A stretch of DNA of 62,059 nt from Myxococcota bacterium (GCA_039028615.1 JBCCHT010000059.1:1-62059); one strand, 5' to 3'; shown: positions 29,816 through 40,023, numbered from the stretch's first letter. Numbers and translations are program-made. The notes: a model not told the origin generated them from the letters alone.

Positions 29816-32800
29816 TCAGGGGGTCCCGGAGTTCGCGGCCCGCGACGCTCGCAAGGCCTCCGCCGTCGCTCCGCTGCGCAGCTCGCCCGGCCGTCCCGCG
29901 GCCACCCGACGGCCCCCATGCGGGCCTCCGCCGGGACCGAGATCGACGACCCAATCGGCGGCCCCGATGAGCGAGAGCCGATGCTCGGCCGCGACCACCA
30001 AATCGCCGCGCGCCGCGAGGTGATGAAAGACCTCCACCAAGCGCGCGAGGTCGGCTTCGTGCAGCCCTCGCGCCGGCTCGTCGAGCAGATACAACGACGG
30101 CGTCTTGCCGTGCACGAGCGCCGCAGCCAAGGTCACCCGCTGGCTCTCGCCCCCCGACAGCTGCTCGCGACGTCGACCCAGCGACAGGTGACCGAGTCCC
30201 ACGCGCGCCAGCGCCTCGAGTCCGCGCCGCAGAGCGCCGCGGGGGACTCGGGGCAGCAGCGCGGTCACGGGTTCTTCGAGCGCCTCGGCGATGTCGAGGC
30301 CTTCCCAGCGGACCGCCAGGACTTCGGGTCGATAGCGTCGACCGTCGCAGGCGGGACACGGCACCACGAGGTCGGCGAGCACGTCCATGGCGACGGGCTC
30401 TCGCCCCGAGCCCTGGCACTGCGGACAGCGACCAGCCGGGCTCGCGAACGAGAACGCTTGCCGGGGCAGCCCGCTGTCCTTGGCCACCGCGTGGAAGACC
30501 TTCTGCAGCGGCGTCATGAGGTTCATGGCGGTGATGACCGAGGTGCCCGCCCCCGACGCTCGTGAGGAGCGAACCTCCACGAAGCGCTCGAGGCCTTCGA
30601 CGCGCTCGCAGCCCACTGCCCGACCGGCGCGCGCCGAGGCCTCGAGCACGTCGAAGACCACGCTGCTCTTGCCGCTGCCCGACACACCCGTGACGGTGAC
30701 GAAGCCGGACGCGGGCAGCTCGAGGTCGAGGCTCTGCAGGTTGTGCACGTGCGCGCCGTGGATTCGAATGGGCTCGGAGACGTCGGGGACTTCGCGAGGG
30801 GCCGGTCGGTTGCGCAGCGCGACCGCGGTGGGGGTGGTGGCCTCGGCCCCCATGACCTCGGCCGCCGTGCCCTGGGCGACGACCTGGCCGCCTTCGGCTC
30901 CCGCGGCGGGTCCGAGCTCGATCAGGTGATCGGCCCCCGCCAGCACGGGCGGTCGATGGGCCACCACGACGATGGTGTTGCCTTCGTCCCGCAGCGTCCG
31001 GAGTCGCTCGAGCAGCACGCCGACGTCGCGGGCATGCAGACCCGCACTCGGCTCGTCGAGCACCACCGTGACCCCGCTGAGCCCCGAGCGCATCACCCCG
31101 GCCAAGCGCACGCGCTGCAGCTCGCCATCGGAGAGCGTCCGAGTGGCGCGCGTCAGCTGCAGGTGTCCCAAGCCCAAGCCGCACAGGTCCCGCACCCGCG
31201 CCCGCAGCTCGGGGCCGAGCGCGTCGAGCACCGTGGCCTGGCGGAGCGTGGGATCCAGCGCGTCCAGCACCGATTCCACCCGCTCGAGCGTCATCTCCAT
31301 CAGCTCGGGCAACGACACCGCGCCCAATCGCACCGCCGCCACCTCGGGGCGGAGCCGTCGGCCTTCACAGACCTCGCAAGGCCGATCTTCGAGCGGCTCG
31401 CTCCATGCGGCGGCCCGCTTGCTCTTGGCTCGCCGCCGAGCCTCGCGTTCGACCAAGGCACACAGTCCGTCCCAGGTGCCCTCGAACTGGTGCTCGCCCG
31501 ATCGGGTGCCCCGCTGGAACTTCCATTGGACCGAGAACACCTCGTCCCCCGCCCCGTAGAGCGCCAGCTTCTGCACCTGCGGCGACAGATCCTTCCATGC
31601 TGCACCGAGGTCCGCCTTGCCCACCGCGGCGCGCAAGGTCGCCATGTATTGCCCGTCCGGCTCGCCGAAGAACTTGCCCGGCTGCGTCCCCGCCATCGCG
31701 CCGTCGAGCAGTGAACGCTCGGGGTCGGTGATGAGTCGCTGCGGGCTACACTTGGCCACGCGGCCCAGGCCTTCGCACGCGGGGCAGGCCCCCAGCGGAC
31801 GATCGGGGCTGAAGCGCTCCGCGCTCAACGAGCACGGCTCGCCATCGACCAGGCCCGCCCGCGACCACAAGAGCCGAAGCAGCGGCGACAGCTCGGCGAG
31901 CGTGGCCACGGTGGATCGACGACCCGGGCGAGCGTGTCCCGGCCGCTGCCGCAGCGCGATGGTCGGCGTCAGCCCCCTCGCCTGCTCGAGCGCGGGACGA
32001 GGCAAGCGACGCACGTGTCGCCGCACGGCAAAGGGCAGGCTCTCGGAGAACCGATGCCACGCCTCGCTCGCCAGCGTGTCGAAGGCCAGCGAGGTCTTGC
32101 CGCTGCCCGACACTCCCGCCACCACCGTCATGCGACCGCGGGGCACGTCGACGTCGATGCCCTGCAGCGTATGCGTACGAACGCCCCGCAGCTCGATCGC
32201 CGACGAAGGCGTGCTCGGCTCCCGCGGCGGCCGGACCTCCGACAGCGGCTCGAATGACGGCGTCACCGCCGTGTTCGTACGCCCCTGTCGCACCTCGGTC
32301 AGGTGATCCGCCGCCGCCCAGAGATGACGGTGGTGCGAGATGGCCAGCACGGTGTGTCCGGCTGCGATCAAGGCGTCGATCGCCTTCAGCAGCCGCTGCA
32401 CGTCCTCGGGGTGCAGCCCTCGATCCGGCTCGTCGAGCAGCACCAGCGAGGGCTCGGCCGTGGCCTTGCCGAGCATGGTGGCCAGCTTCACGCGCTGCGA
32501 CTCCCCCCGGCTCAGCGCCCCCGCCGATTGCCCCAGCGGAAGGTGCCCCAACCCGAGGTCGTCCATGGCCTTGCACAGCGCCTGAAGCGGCGGCTCGGGC
32601 TCGAAGAACGCCACCGCCTCGTGCACGGTGAGCGCCAAGACATCGGCGATGGTGCGCCCGCGCAGGGTCACCGCCAGGGTCGACGCGGCATAGCGGCCGC
32701 CGCCGCAGGTCGGGCACACCTGCTCCACGTCTTCGAGCAAGTGCAGGCCGATCCGCTGCACCCCGAGCCCCTCGCAGTCGGGGCAGCGCCCTTCCTTGTT

Positions 32801-34534
32801 GTTGTACGAGAACCGACCCGCCTTGAACCCGAGCGCCTGGGCCTCGGGCGTGGCCGCGAACCGCTTGCGCACCCCCTCGAAGAGCCCCGACCACGTGGCG
32901 GGTGTGCTGCGGGGGGTACGACCGATGGGCCGCGCATCGACGGCCCGCACCTTGCCCGCGGGCACCCCTTCGAGCGCCCGATACGGCCCTGCGGGTTGCT
33001 GCAGCAGCGCGGGCAACAACGTGCCGAACACCAGCGAGCTCTTGCCGGCGCCCGAGGGCCCCATGACCACGTTGAACGCCTGCAGGTGCACGACCAAGTC
33101 GGCCCCCTGGAGGTTGTGCAGGGTCGCCCCGCGCAGCGTCATGGCGGCGGAGGACGGACGCGCGGTGGACCGCGGCGTGGGCGGAGGCCCCAGCGGATCG
33201 GCCGGCAACGGCCCGTCGAAGAGCACCTGCCCGCCCGCGGTGCCTGCCCCCGGCCCCAGCCGCAGCAGGTGGTCGGCGTACCGCACCATGTCCGGGTCGT
33301 GCTCGACGAGCAGCAGCGTATTGCCCAACGCCCGCAGCTGCTCGAGCACCGCAACCATGCCCGCCTGCGCCTCCGGGTGCAGCCCCAGCGTGGGCTCGTC
33401 CAGCGCGACCAGGAGCCCCGAGAGACCCGCGGTCAGCTGTGCCGCCAGCCGAATGCGCTGCGCCTCGCCCCCGGACAGCGTGGTGCTCTCGCGATCGAGG
33501 CTCAGGTGCCCGAGCCCCAGCTGCACCATCCGCTCCAGCCGAGCCTCGACCGAGGGCCGCAAGGCCTCCCACACCGGACTCTCCGGCAGCTGCGCCAGCA
33601 CCTCGGGCAACCCGGCCACCGGTCGGGCCAGCAACGAGGGCAGCGTGGACTCGCCCGCCTTCGCCTCGCGACCCGGCCGTCCCAGGCGCGAGCCCTTGCA
33701 TACCTCGCACGGCACCGATCGCACGAACCGCAGGATGTTGGGGTTGCGGTTGCGCTCGAGCGTCTCGGTGATCACGGGGATGAGCCCCCGGTAGTAGCCC
33801 TCTTCCCGCGGCCTCGCGGTGATGCCCTCCCACTTCATGCGGGATTCGATCGAGTGCTTGCCGAAGGGCACGCGCAGCGCCTTGGTGCCGTACAGCACCA
33901 CGTCTCGCTGCTCGTCGGTCAGCGTCTCCCAGGGCGTATGCACGTCGAACCCGTGCGCCTGGCAGATCTGGTTCATCACCTCGAGGGTGACCTGGCTATA
34001 GACGGTGTAGCCGTTGCGCAGGGTGGGTACGAGCGCCCCGTCGCGGATGCTCTTTTTGGGGTCGGCCACCAGTAGCGCAGGGTCGACTCGGTCTTGCACG
34101 CCCAGCCCCTGGCAGCGCTCGCAGGCCCCCTGGGGGTGATTGAAGCTGAAGTCGCTGCGCGACAGCGCCTGCCCCTCGGGATCCACGGCCACCCGCGCAT
34201 AGAGCAGGCGCAGCAGGTCCAGCACCCCGGTCAGGGTCCCCACCGTCGATCGGGCATTGGCGGTCAGAGCACTCGACCCCACCGCGATGGCCGGCGGCAG
34301 CCCCTTGATCTCGCGGGCCTGCGCTCGCCCCAGCTTGCCGAAATAGTGCCGCGCCCGAACCGACAGCGTGCCCAGGTAGCGCCGCTGCCCCTCGCGCACC
34401 ACGGTGTCGAAGACCAAGGAGGTCTTGCCGGATCCGGAGGGCCCCGTGACCGCGACCCACTGCCCCAGGCGCAGGGCCAGGTCGACGTCGCGAAGGTTGT
34501 GCTCGTGGGCCCCGAGTACGGTCAGCGTGGGCAT
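29816..34534 (-). CDS. Double-length UvrA-like ABC ATPase (four NBDs)
   Basis: Four GAxxHNL-type starts and Walker A motifs (GPSGSGKT, GPSGAGKS, GVSGSGKT, GVSGSGKS), FSFN..GAC..C.G.G Zn motifs, four DEP Walker B motifs. Confidence 0.92.
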   Translation of the reverse strand: MPTLTVLGAHEHNLRDVDLALRLGQWVAVTGPSGSGKTSLVFDTVVREGQRRYLGTLSVRARHYFGKLGRAQAREIKGLPPAIAVGSSALTANARSTVGTLTGVLDLLRLLYARVAVDPEGQALSRSDFSFNHPQGACERCQGLGVQDRVDPALLVADPKKSIRDGALVPTLRNGYTVYSQVTLEVMNQICQAHGFDVHTPWETLTDEQRDVVLYGTKALRVPFGKHSIESRMKWEGITARPREEGYYRGLIPVITETLERNRNPNILRFVRSVPCEVCKGSRLGRPGREAKAGESTLPSLLARPVAGLPEVLAQLPESPVWEALRPSVEARLERMVQLGLGHLSLDRESTTLSGGEAQRIRLAAQLTAGLSGLLVALDEPTLGLHPEAQAGMVAVLEQLRALGNTLLLVEHDPDMVRYADHLLRLGPGAGTAGGQVLFDGPLPADPLGPPPTPRSTARPSSAAMTLRGATLHNLQGADLVVHLQAFNVVMGPSGAGKSSLVFGTLLPALLQQPAGPYRALEGVPAGKVRAVDARPIGRTPRSTPATWSGLFEGVRKRFAATPEAQALGFKAGRFSYNNKEGRCPDCEGLGVQRIGLHLLEDVEQVCPTCGGGRYAASTLAVTLRGRTIADVLALTVHEAVAFFEPEPPLQALCKAMDDLGLGHLPLGQSAGALSRGESQRVKLATMLGKATAEPSLVLLDEPDRGLHPEDVQRLLKAIDALIAAGHTVLAISHHRHLWAAADHLTEVRQGRTNTAVTPSFEPLSEVRPPREPSTPSSAIELRGVRTHTLQGIDVDVPRGRMTVVAGVSGSGKTSLAFDTLASEAWHRFSESLPFAVRRHVRRLPRPALEQARGLTPTIALRQRPGHARPGRRSTVATLAELSPLLRLLWSRAGLVDGEPCSLSAERFSPDRPLGACPACEGLGRVAKCSPQRLITDPERSLLDGAMAGTQPGKFFGEPDGQYMATLRAAVGKADLGAAWKDLSPQVQKLALYGAGDEVFSVQWKFQRGTRSGEHQFEGTWDGLCALVEREARRRAKSKRAAAWSEPLEDRPCEVCEGRRLRPEVAAVRLGAVSLPELMEMTLERVESVLDALDPTLRQATVLDALGPELRARVRDLCGLGLGHLQLTRATRTLSDGELQRVRLAGVMRSGLSGVTVVLDEPSAGLHARDVGVLLERLRTLRDEGNTIVVVAHRPPVLAGADHLIELGPAAGAEGGQVVAQGTAAEVMGAEATTPTAVALRNRPAPREVPDVSEPIRIHGAHVHNLQSLDLELPASGFVTVTGVSGSGKSSVVFDVLEASARAGRAVGCERVEGLERFVEVRSSRASGAGTSVITAMNLMTPLQKVFHAVAKDSGLPRQAFSFASPAGRCPQCQGSGREPVAMDVLADLVVPCPACDGRRYRPEVLAVRWEGLDIAEALEEPVTALLPRVPRGALRRGLEALARVGLGHLSLGRRREQLSGGESQRVTLAAALVHGKTPSLYLLDEPARGLHEADLARLVEVFHHLAARGDLVVAAEHRLSLIGAADWVVDLGPGGGPHGGRRVAAGRPGELRSGATAEALRASRAANSGTP

Positions 34535-34622
34535 GGCGTGGCGTGGCGCACCCTACCCCGAGACCCCCGGCCGTGCTGGCCGGGTGCCGGGCAAAGCCGG
34601 GACTGCTAAGCTCCGGCCACCC

Positions 34623-36233
34623 GTGACGCCCACCCCCGTCCATCGCTCCCGCTACCTGGTGATCGGCAGCGGCCTCGCCGGCCTCTACTTCGCCCTGCAG
34701 GTCGCCGACCGCGGCCCGGTGACGGTGCTGACCAAGAGCCTGCCCCAGACCTCCAATACCCAGTGGGCGCAGGGCGGCATCTCGAGCGTGTTCTCCAAGG
34801 ACGACACGCTCGAGGCTCACGTCAGCGACACCCTCGAGGTCGGCGCGGGGCTGTGCAACGTGAGCATGGTGGAGAACACCGTGTCGCGCGGCCCCGGTCT
34901 CGTCCGCGATCTGGCCGAGACCTACGGCGTCCGATTCGATCGGGAACAAGGCGGCAACGACGGGCCCTTCGCCCTCGGCCGCGAGGGGGGGCACAGCCAT
35001 CGTCGCGTGGTGCATCACCACGACATGACCGGCGCGGAGCTCATCCGAGCCCTGCTGGCCGCCGCCGATGCCCACCCCAACATCACCCTGCTCGCCCACC
35101 AGATGGTGGTCGACCTGCTGTCGTGGACCAAGGTCGACGGCCAGCGCGGCTGCTTCGGCGCCTACGCCCTCGATACGCAGAGCCAGAACGTCAGCGCCTA
35201 CCTGGCGCCGGTCACCGTCCTGGCCGCGGGCGGCGCGGGCAAGGTGTATCGCTACACCTCCAACCCCGACGTGGCCACCGCCGACGGCATCGCCATGGCC
35301 TATCGGCTGGGCACCACCGTCGCCAACCTCGAGTTCATGCAATTCCACCCGACCTGCCTGTATCACCCCAACGCCAAGAGCTTCTTGGTCACGGAGGCGG
35401 TGCGGGGCGAGGGCGGAATCCTCCGTCGCCGCGACGGCAGCGAGCTGATGGCCGGGCGCCACCCCATGGGCAGCCTGGCCCCCCGCGACGTCGTGGCCCG
35501 CGAGATCGATGCCGAGCTCAAGCGCTCGGGCGAGCCCTGCGTCAACCTCGACGTCACCCACTTGAGCGCGGATTTCCTGCGCCGCCGCTTCCCCGGCATT
35601 CACGATCGCTGCCTGAAGCTGGGCCTGGACATCACCACCGAGCCCCTGCCCGTCGTGCCCGCCGCCCACTACATGTGCGGAGGCGTGGCCGCCGATCCCT
35701 TTGGCCGCACCGACGTGCCCGGGCTGCTCGCCATCGGCGAGGTGGCCATGAGCGGCATGCACGGGGCCTGTCGACTCGCGTCCAACAGCCTGCTCGAAGC
35801 GGTGGCCCTGGCCGCGGGCGCAGCCGAGATCGCCGACGACTTCGGCCGCGAGCCCCCGGGTTCGGTCAGCGACTGGAACGAGGGCGACGCGGTCGACTCC
35901 GACGAAGCGATCATGGTCAGCGCCAACTGGGAGGAAGTCCGGGCGCTGATGTGGAACTTCGTGGGCATCGTGCGCTCCGACAAACGCCTCGAGCGAGCGC
36001 GGCGTCGCATCGAGATGCTGCGCCACGAAATCCACGAGTACTACTGGCGGTTCCGGGTCACCCGCGACCTGCTGGAGCTGCGCAACATCGCCCTGGTCGG
36101 CCACCTCATCATCGAGTGCGCCCGCCGACGCAAAGAGAGCCGCGGCCTGCACTACACGCTCGACCACCGCGACAAGAGCCCCGAGTTCGCCTGCGACACC
36201 GTCTTCAACAAGCGCCAGGGGCCCGACGCATGA
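34623..36233 (+). CDS. nadB: L-aspartate oxidase
   Basis: GSGLAGL, WAQGGI, REGGHSHRRVVH, QFHPT, EAVRGEG, PRDVVAR, HYMCGG, HGACRLASNSLLE, ESRGLH. Confidence 0.96.
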   Translation: MTPTPVHRSRYLVIGSGLAGLYFALQVADRGPVTVLTKSLPQTSNTQWAQGGISSVFSKDDTLEAHVSDTLEVGAGLCNVSMVENTVSRGPGLVRDLAETYGVRFDREQGGNDGPFALGREGGHSHRRVVHHHDMTGAELIRALLAAADAHPNITLLAHQMVVDLLSWTKVDGQRGCFGAYALDTQSQNVSAYLAPVTVLAAGGAGKVYRYTSNPDVATADGIAMAYRLGTTVANLEFMQFHPTCLYHPNAKSFLVTEAVRGEGGILRRRDGSELMAGRHPMGSLAPRDVVAREIDAELKRSGEPCVNLDVTHLSADFLRRRFPGIHDRCLKLGLDITTEPLPVVPAAHYMCGGVAADPFGRTDVPGLLAIGEVAMSGMHGACRLASNSLLEAVALAAGAAEIADDFGREPPGSVSDWNEGDAVDSDEAIMVSANWEEVRALMWNFVGIVRSDKRLERARRRIEMLRHEIHEYYWRFRVTRDLLELRNIALVGHLIIECARRRKESRGLHYTLDHRDKSPEFACDTVFNKRQGPDA

Positions 36234-36880
36234 ACGCCAGGACCAAGGGCGCCGTCGTGCTCGTGGCCGTGCTGGGTCTGGCCGCCTGCGGCCCGCGGCA
36301 CGCCCGTTCGCCCGCCCAGCTTCGCGATGCCCACGTGGCCGCGCTCGAGGGCAACGATCCCAAGGCCGCCTACGCGCTGCTCAGCCCCGACGTCCAAGCC
36401 ACGGTCAGCTACGAACAATTCGAGGCGCGCTGGAAGGCCGATGCCGCCGAGCACCAAGCCGCCAGCCAGGCCGCCGATGACCTGCCCGCCGCGCTGAAGA
36501 CCCCCATCGAAGGCGGCACCACCGTGCACTCGGGGGGCCACGTGCTGCGATGGACACGGGTGGGTGACGATCTGCTCGTCAGCGATGGCCTGCCCGGTCG
36601 CCCCGATACCAGCACACCCGCCCAGACGGTCCGGGCCTTCGTGGCCGCGGTTCGCCGCGCCGATCTGGCCGAGCTGCGCGTGGTGCTGGGAGACTCCTTG
36701 CTCGCGGTGATCGACGAAGACTGGAACCAGCGGGTCGATGCCATCGAGCAGGCACTCGAGGAACCGGGCGCGCTCGACCTCAGCGCGGATCTCCGCCGGG
36801 CCGAGCTGCGCTACGACGTCGGTCGCGCGGTAACCCTCGAGCAGACCCCTCAGGGATGGCGCATTACCGGTCTGCGCTAG
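36230..36880 (+). CDS. Hypothetical lipoprotein
   Basis: MNARTKGAVVLVAVLGLAAC lipobox; ATGA overlap with nadB; two NTF2-like halves (SPAQL../TPAQTV.., ending GWRI). Confidence 0.75.
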   Translation: MNARTKGAVVLVAVLGLAACGPRHARSPAQLRDAHVAALEGNDPKAAYALLSPDVQATVSYEQFEARWKADAAEHQAASQAADDLPAALKTPIEGGTTVHSGGHVLRWTRVGDDLLVSDGLPGRPDTSTPAQTVRAFVAAVRRADLAELRVVLGDSLLAVIDEDWNQRVDAIEQALEEPGALDLSADLRRAELRYDVGRAVTLEQTPQGWRITGLR

Positions 36881-37083
36881 TTGCGACTAGCGTCACCTGC
36901 GCAATTCATCAATTCGGGACGCGTGCCCCTATGCGCACATGAGGCGCGCAACTGGCCTACGGCCGGGCCCAAAGGCCTCTACCGACCGTTCAGGAAGTAC
37001 CGCGGCAAAGCGTGGTCTAGCCTACGAGCCATACTGTTGCACCGCCCGCGAGGGCTGGCCGAAGGCACAAGGAGCCGGCACCG

Positions 37084-37581
37084 ATGCAACCGTCTTTCAC
37101 CGTTGGCGACAAGTCCGTCTACCCCGCCCATGGCGTCGCTGACGTCGTCGACCTCGAGAAGAAGGAAATCGCCGGAAGCGAGATCACCTTCTACCACCTC
37201 AAGGTGGTGGGCTCGGGGCTCAAGATCATCGTCCCGGTCCACAAGGCCGAGGAAAACGGCATGCGTTCGGTTGCCACGGCCGAAGAGATCGAAGAGATGT
37301 TCGAGCTGTTGCGGGACCAAGAGATCCCCAACGACCGGCAGACGTGGAACCGACGCTATCGCGGCTTCATGGAGAAGATCCGCACCGGTTCGCTGTTCGA
37401 GGTCGCCGAGGTCTACCGCGACCTTTCGCTGCTCAAGGGCCGCAAGACGCTGTCCCACGGCGAGCGGCAGATGCTCAGAACCGCCCAGGACCTGTTGATC
37501 CGCGAGCTGACGGAAGCGCAATCAGCGCCCGAGGATGAGGTCGTGGCTGCGCTCGAGGCTCCGTTCGAGGCCAAGCACTGA
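37084..37581 (+). CDS. cdnL: CarD/CdnL family RNAP-binding transcription factor
   Basis: FTVGDKSVYPAHGV Tudor RID, WNRRYR, KIRTGSLFEVAEVYRDL, LSHGERQML; AAGGAG SD. Confidence 0.93.
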   Translation: MQPSFTVGDKSVYPAHGVADVVDLEKKEIAGSEITFYHLKVVGSGLKIIVPVHKAEENGMRSVATAEEIEEMFELLRDQEIPNDRQTWNRRYRGFMEKIRTGSLFEVAEVYRDLSLLKGRKTLSHGERQMLRTAQDLLIRELTEAQSAPEDEVVAALEAPFEAKH

Positions 37582-37662
37582 GCCGGCCCGCCCGACGGAA
37601 GCCGGATAACGCTCACAGCCTCGCCCTTTGCCCGGCGCGGCGGTGAGGCTACAACGCGTGCC

Positions 37663-38187
37663 GTGGCGATCGACAACACCGACCAGGTGATCATCCGGAT
37701 CTGCACCGACCCCTGGCATCTCGTCGAGGTCGATGGCTTCGTCTGCCCCACCAACTCCAAGGGGATCATGTCGACGTATCCGGCGTCGAAGCTCAAGGAG
37801 CTCTCCGGCCGTCACGTCGAGGAGCAGGCGATGTCCCACGCTCCGCTGGCGGTCGGCGCTGCGTTCGTGACCGATGCGGGGCCGATGAAGGCCAAGCACC
37901 TGATCCACGTGGCGAACACCGAAAACCCCGGCGGGCGCGTGCTCGTCGAGGACATCCTTCGCGCAACGGCCGCGGTGCTCATCACCTGCGGCGTCAAGAA
38001 CCTGCACAGCATCGCCATTCCGTTGATGGGCGCCTTCAACGAGGGCATCCCGGCCGAAGAGGCGGCTCGGGCGATTCACAGCGAATTCCGTTCGTACCGG
38101 GGTGACCGGCACATGCAGGTGTTGTTGATGGCCAAGGACGCCGACGAGGTCGAGGTGTTCGAGATGGCCATCGAAGGCACGAGCTAG
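37663..38187 (+). CDS. Macro domain protein (degenerate)
   Basis: VDGFVCPTN, GAAFVTDAGPMKAKHLIH, SIAIPLMG macro-fold pattern. Confidence 0.8.
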   Translation: MAIDNTDQVIIRICTDPWHLVEVDGFVCPTNSKGIMSTYPASKLKELSGRHVEEQAMSHAPLAVGAAFVTDAGPMKAKHLIHVANTENPGGRVLVEDILRATAAVLITCGVKNLHSIAIPLMGAFNEGIPAEEAARAIHSEFRSYRGDRHMQVLLMAKDADEVEVFEMAIEGTS

Positions 38188-38429
38188 GCGCTCGGCCACG
38201 GGCCATGCGATCTCGCTAGCCTGTCGAACATCGAATACGCGCACCAATGGACGTCGCTCCCAATGGGAGCGCGCTCTATTCACGTGCTGCGCGGGATGGG
38301 ATGTGCGACCATGCCTTCAGCGGCACCCAGTGACCGCTAGCACCGGATCTGGCCGCTTCGAGTGGCCCCCGTAGGGTCGCCAAGGCACCGACCCCTGTGC
38401 TAGTTCACTCGCCGCACCGGGACTTGCGC

Positions 38430-38837
38430 ATGGCCGAATCGTACCTTCCCGCTTTGTTGTTCGTGATCTTCGCTTTGGGGTTCGCGGCCGTAATGCTGGG
38501 CCTGACGATGATCCTCGGTCCCAAGCGGACCACCACCGTCAAAGACGAGCCCTTCGAGTGTGGCAGTGAGCCGATCGGCAGCCCACGCGTCAAATTCAGC
38601 GTCAAGTTCTATCAAGTCGCGATCCTCTTCTTGGTGTTCGATATCGAGGTCGCGTTCCTCTATCCCTGGGCCTCCTCCTTGTTCCGCGAGCTCAGCTGCA
38701 CCACGCCGCTGACGCCCGAGGGCATCTGCATGGGCGGTAGCTCGCTCTTCGGCCTCGTCGAGATGATGATCTTCCTCGGGATCCTCGTCGTCGGCCTTGC
38801 CTACATCTGGCGTAAGAAGGCCCTCGATTGGGCATGA
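38430..38837 (+). CDS. nuoA: NADH-quinone oxidoreductase subunit A
   Basis: PFECG, KFYQVAILFLVFDIE, YIWRKKALDW. Confidence 0.95.
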   Translation: MAESYLPALLFVIFALGFAAVMLGLTMILGPKRTTTVKDEPFECGSEPIGSPRVKFSVKFYQVAILFLVFDIEVAFLYPWASSLFRELSCTTPLTPEGICMGGSSLFGLVEMMIFLGILVVGLAYIWRKKALDWA

Positions 38838-38856
38838 GCGGAAAAGCAGCTTGTCG

Positions 38857-39447
38857 ATGACTGACGACAATCCGACCTTCATCCCCACCGTCCTCCAGGA
38901 CGCGGTGAACTGGGCCCAGAAGTTCAGCCTGTTCACCTACCCCTTCGCCACCGCCTGTTGCGCGATGGAGTTCATGTCGACCATGGGCTCTCGCTACGAC
39001 ATCTCGCGGTTCGGGGCTGAATTTCCGCGTTTCTCGCCGCGCCAGGCCGACCTGCTGATCGTCATCGGCACCATCACCGAGCGCCAGGCACCGGTCCTGC
39101 GCCGCATCTACGACCAGATGCCGGACCCCAAGTGGGTCATGGCGTTCGGCGTGTGCGCCTCGACCGGCGGCTTCTATCAGAACTACACCGTGATGCCGGG
39201 GGCGGACCAAGTCATCCCCGTCGACGTCTACGTGCCCGGCTGCCCGCCGCGGCCCGAGCAGGTGCTCGACGGCCTCATGGCGCTGCAGAACCGGATCCAA
39301 GAGCACCGAGGTCACGCGCAGGCCGAGTTGGGCAATACCGCCTGCATCGGCTACAGCGATCGACGACACCTCCCCGTACTCACCGACGGCACCAGCATGA
39401 CGCTGGGTCCCGACGAGCGCATGCCCAAGGACGGCCGGGTCCGCTGA
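38857..39447 (+). CDS. nuoB: NADH-quinone oxidoreductase subunit B
   Basis: TACCAME, SPRQADL, GVCASTGG, PGCPPRPE. Confidence 0.96.
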   Translation: MTDDNPTFIPTVLQDAVNWAQKFSLFTYPFATACCAMEFMSTMGSRYDISRFGAEFPRFSPRQADLLIVIGTITERQAPVLRRIYDQMPDPKWVMAFGVCASTGGFYQNYTVMPGADQVIPVDVYVPGCPPRPEQVLDGLMALQNRIQEHRGHAQAELGNTACIGYSDRRHLPVLTDGTSMTLGPDERMPKDGRVR

Positions 39448-39459
39448 GCGAGGTTTTTC

Positions 39460-40011
39460 ATGGCCCAACGCGTCCTCGAACTCCTGCAACAGCGGCTGCC
39501 CGACGCCATCGTCGAGACGGGCAGCTACGTCGGCGACGAGATGGCACTCGTCGAGCGCGAGCACCTGCTCGAGGTCCTCACCCTGCTCAAGGAGGACCCC
39601 GCCCTCGCCTTCAACATGCTGACCGACCTCACCGTGGTCGACTGGATGGGCCAGAAGCCGCGCTTCGAGGTCGTCTATCAGCTGTACAGCATCCAGCACA
39701 AACACCGCGTGCGCCTCAAGGTGGGCGTAGACGAGGGCGACGCCAAGACCTGCTCGGTCCCCTCTGCCACCGGGCTCTGGTACTCGGCCGCATGGGCCGA
39801 GCGCGAGGCCTGGGACCTTTACGGGGTCCACTTCACGGGCCACCCCGACCTGCGTCGCATCCTCATGTACGAAGAGTTCGTCGGCCACCCGTTGCGCAAG
39901 GACTACCCGCAAAACGGCCGGCAGCCGCTCATCCGCCGCCCGGATGCGCCGGCCACCGACGACCAGACCACTCGCCTGTTGGCCAACAGCCACGACCGTC
40001 GCGTCGAGTAG
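39460..40011 (+). CDS. nuoC: NADH-quinone oxidoreductase subunit C
   Basis: RFEVVYQL, EREAWDLYG, GHPDLRRIL, GHPLRKDYP. Confidence 0.95.
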   Translation: MAQRVLELLQQRLPDAIVETGSYVGDEMALVEREHLLEVLTLLKEDPALAFNMLTDLTVVDWMGQKPRFEVVYQLYSIQHKHRVRLKVGVDEGDAKTCSVPSATGLWYSAAWAEREAWDLYGVHFTGHPDLRRILMYEEFVGHPLRKDYPQNGRQPLIRRPDAPATDDQTTRLLANSHDRRVE

Positions 40012-40023
40012 CCGGAGTCCGCC

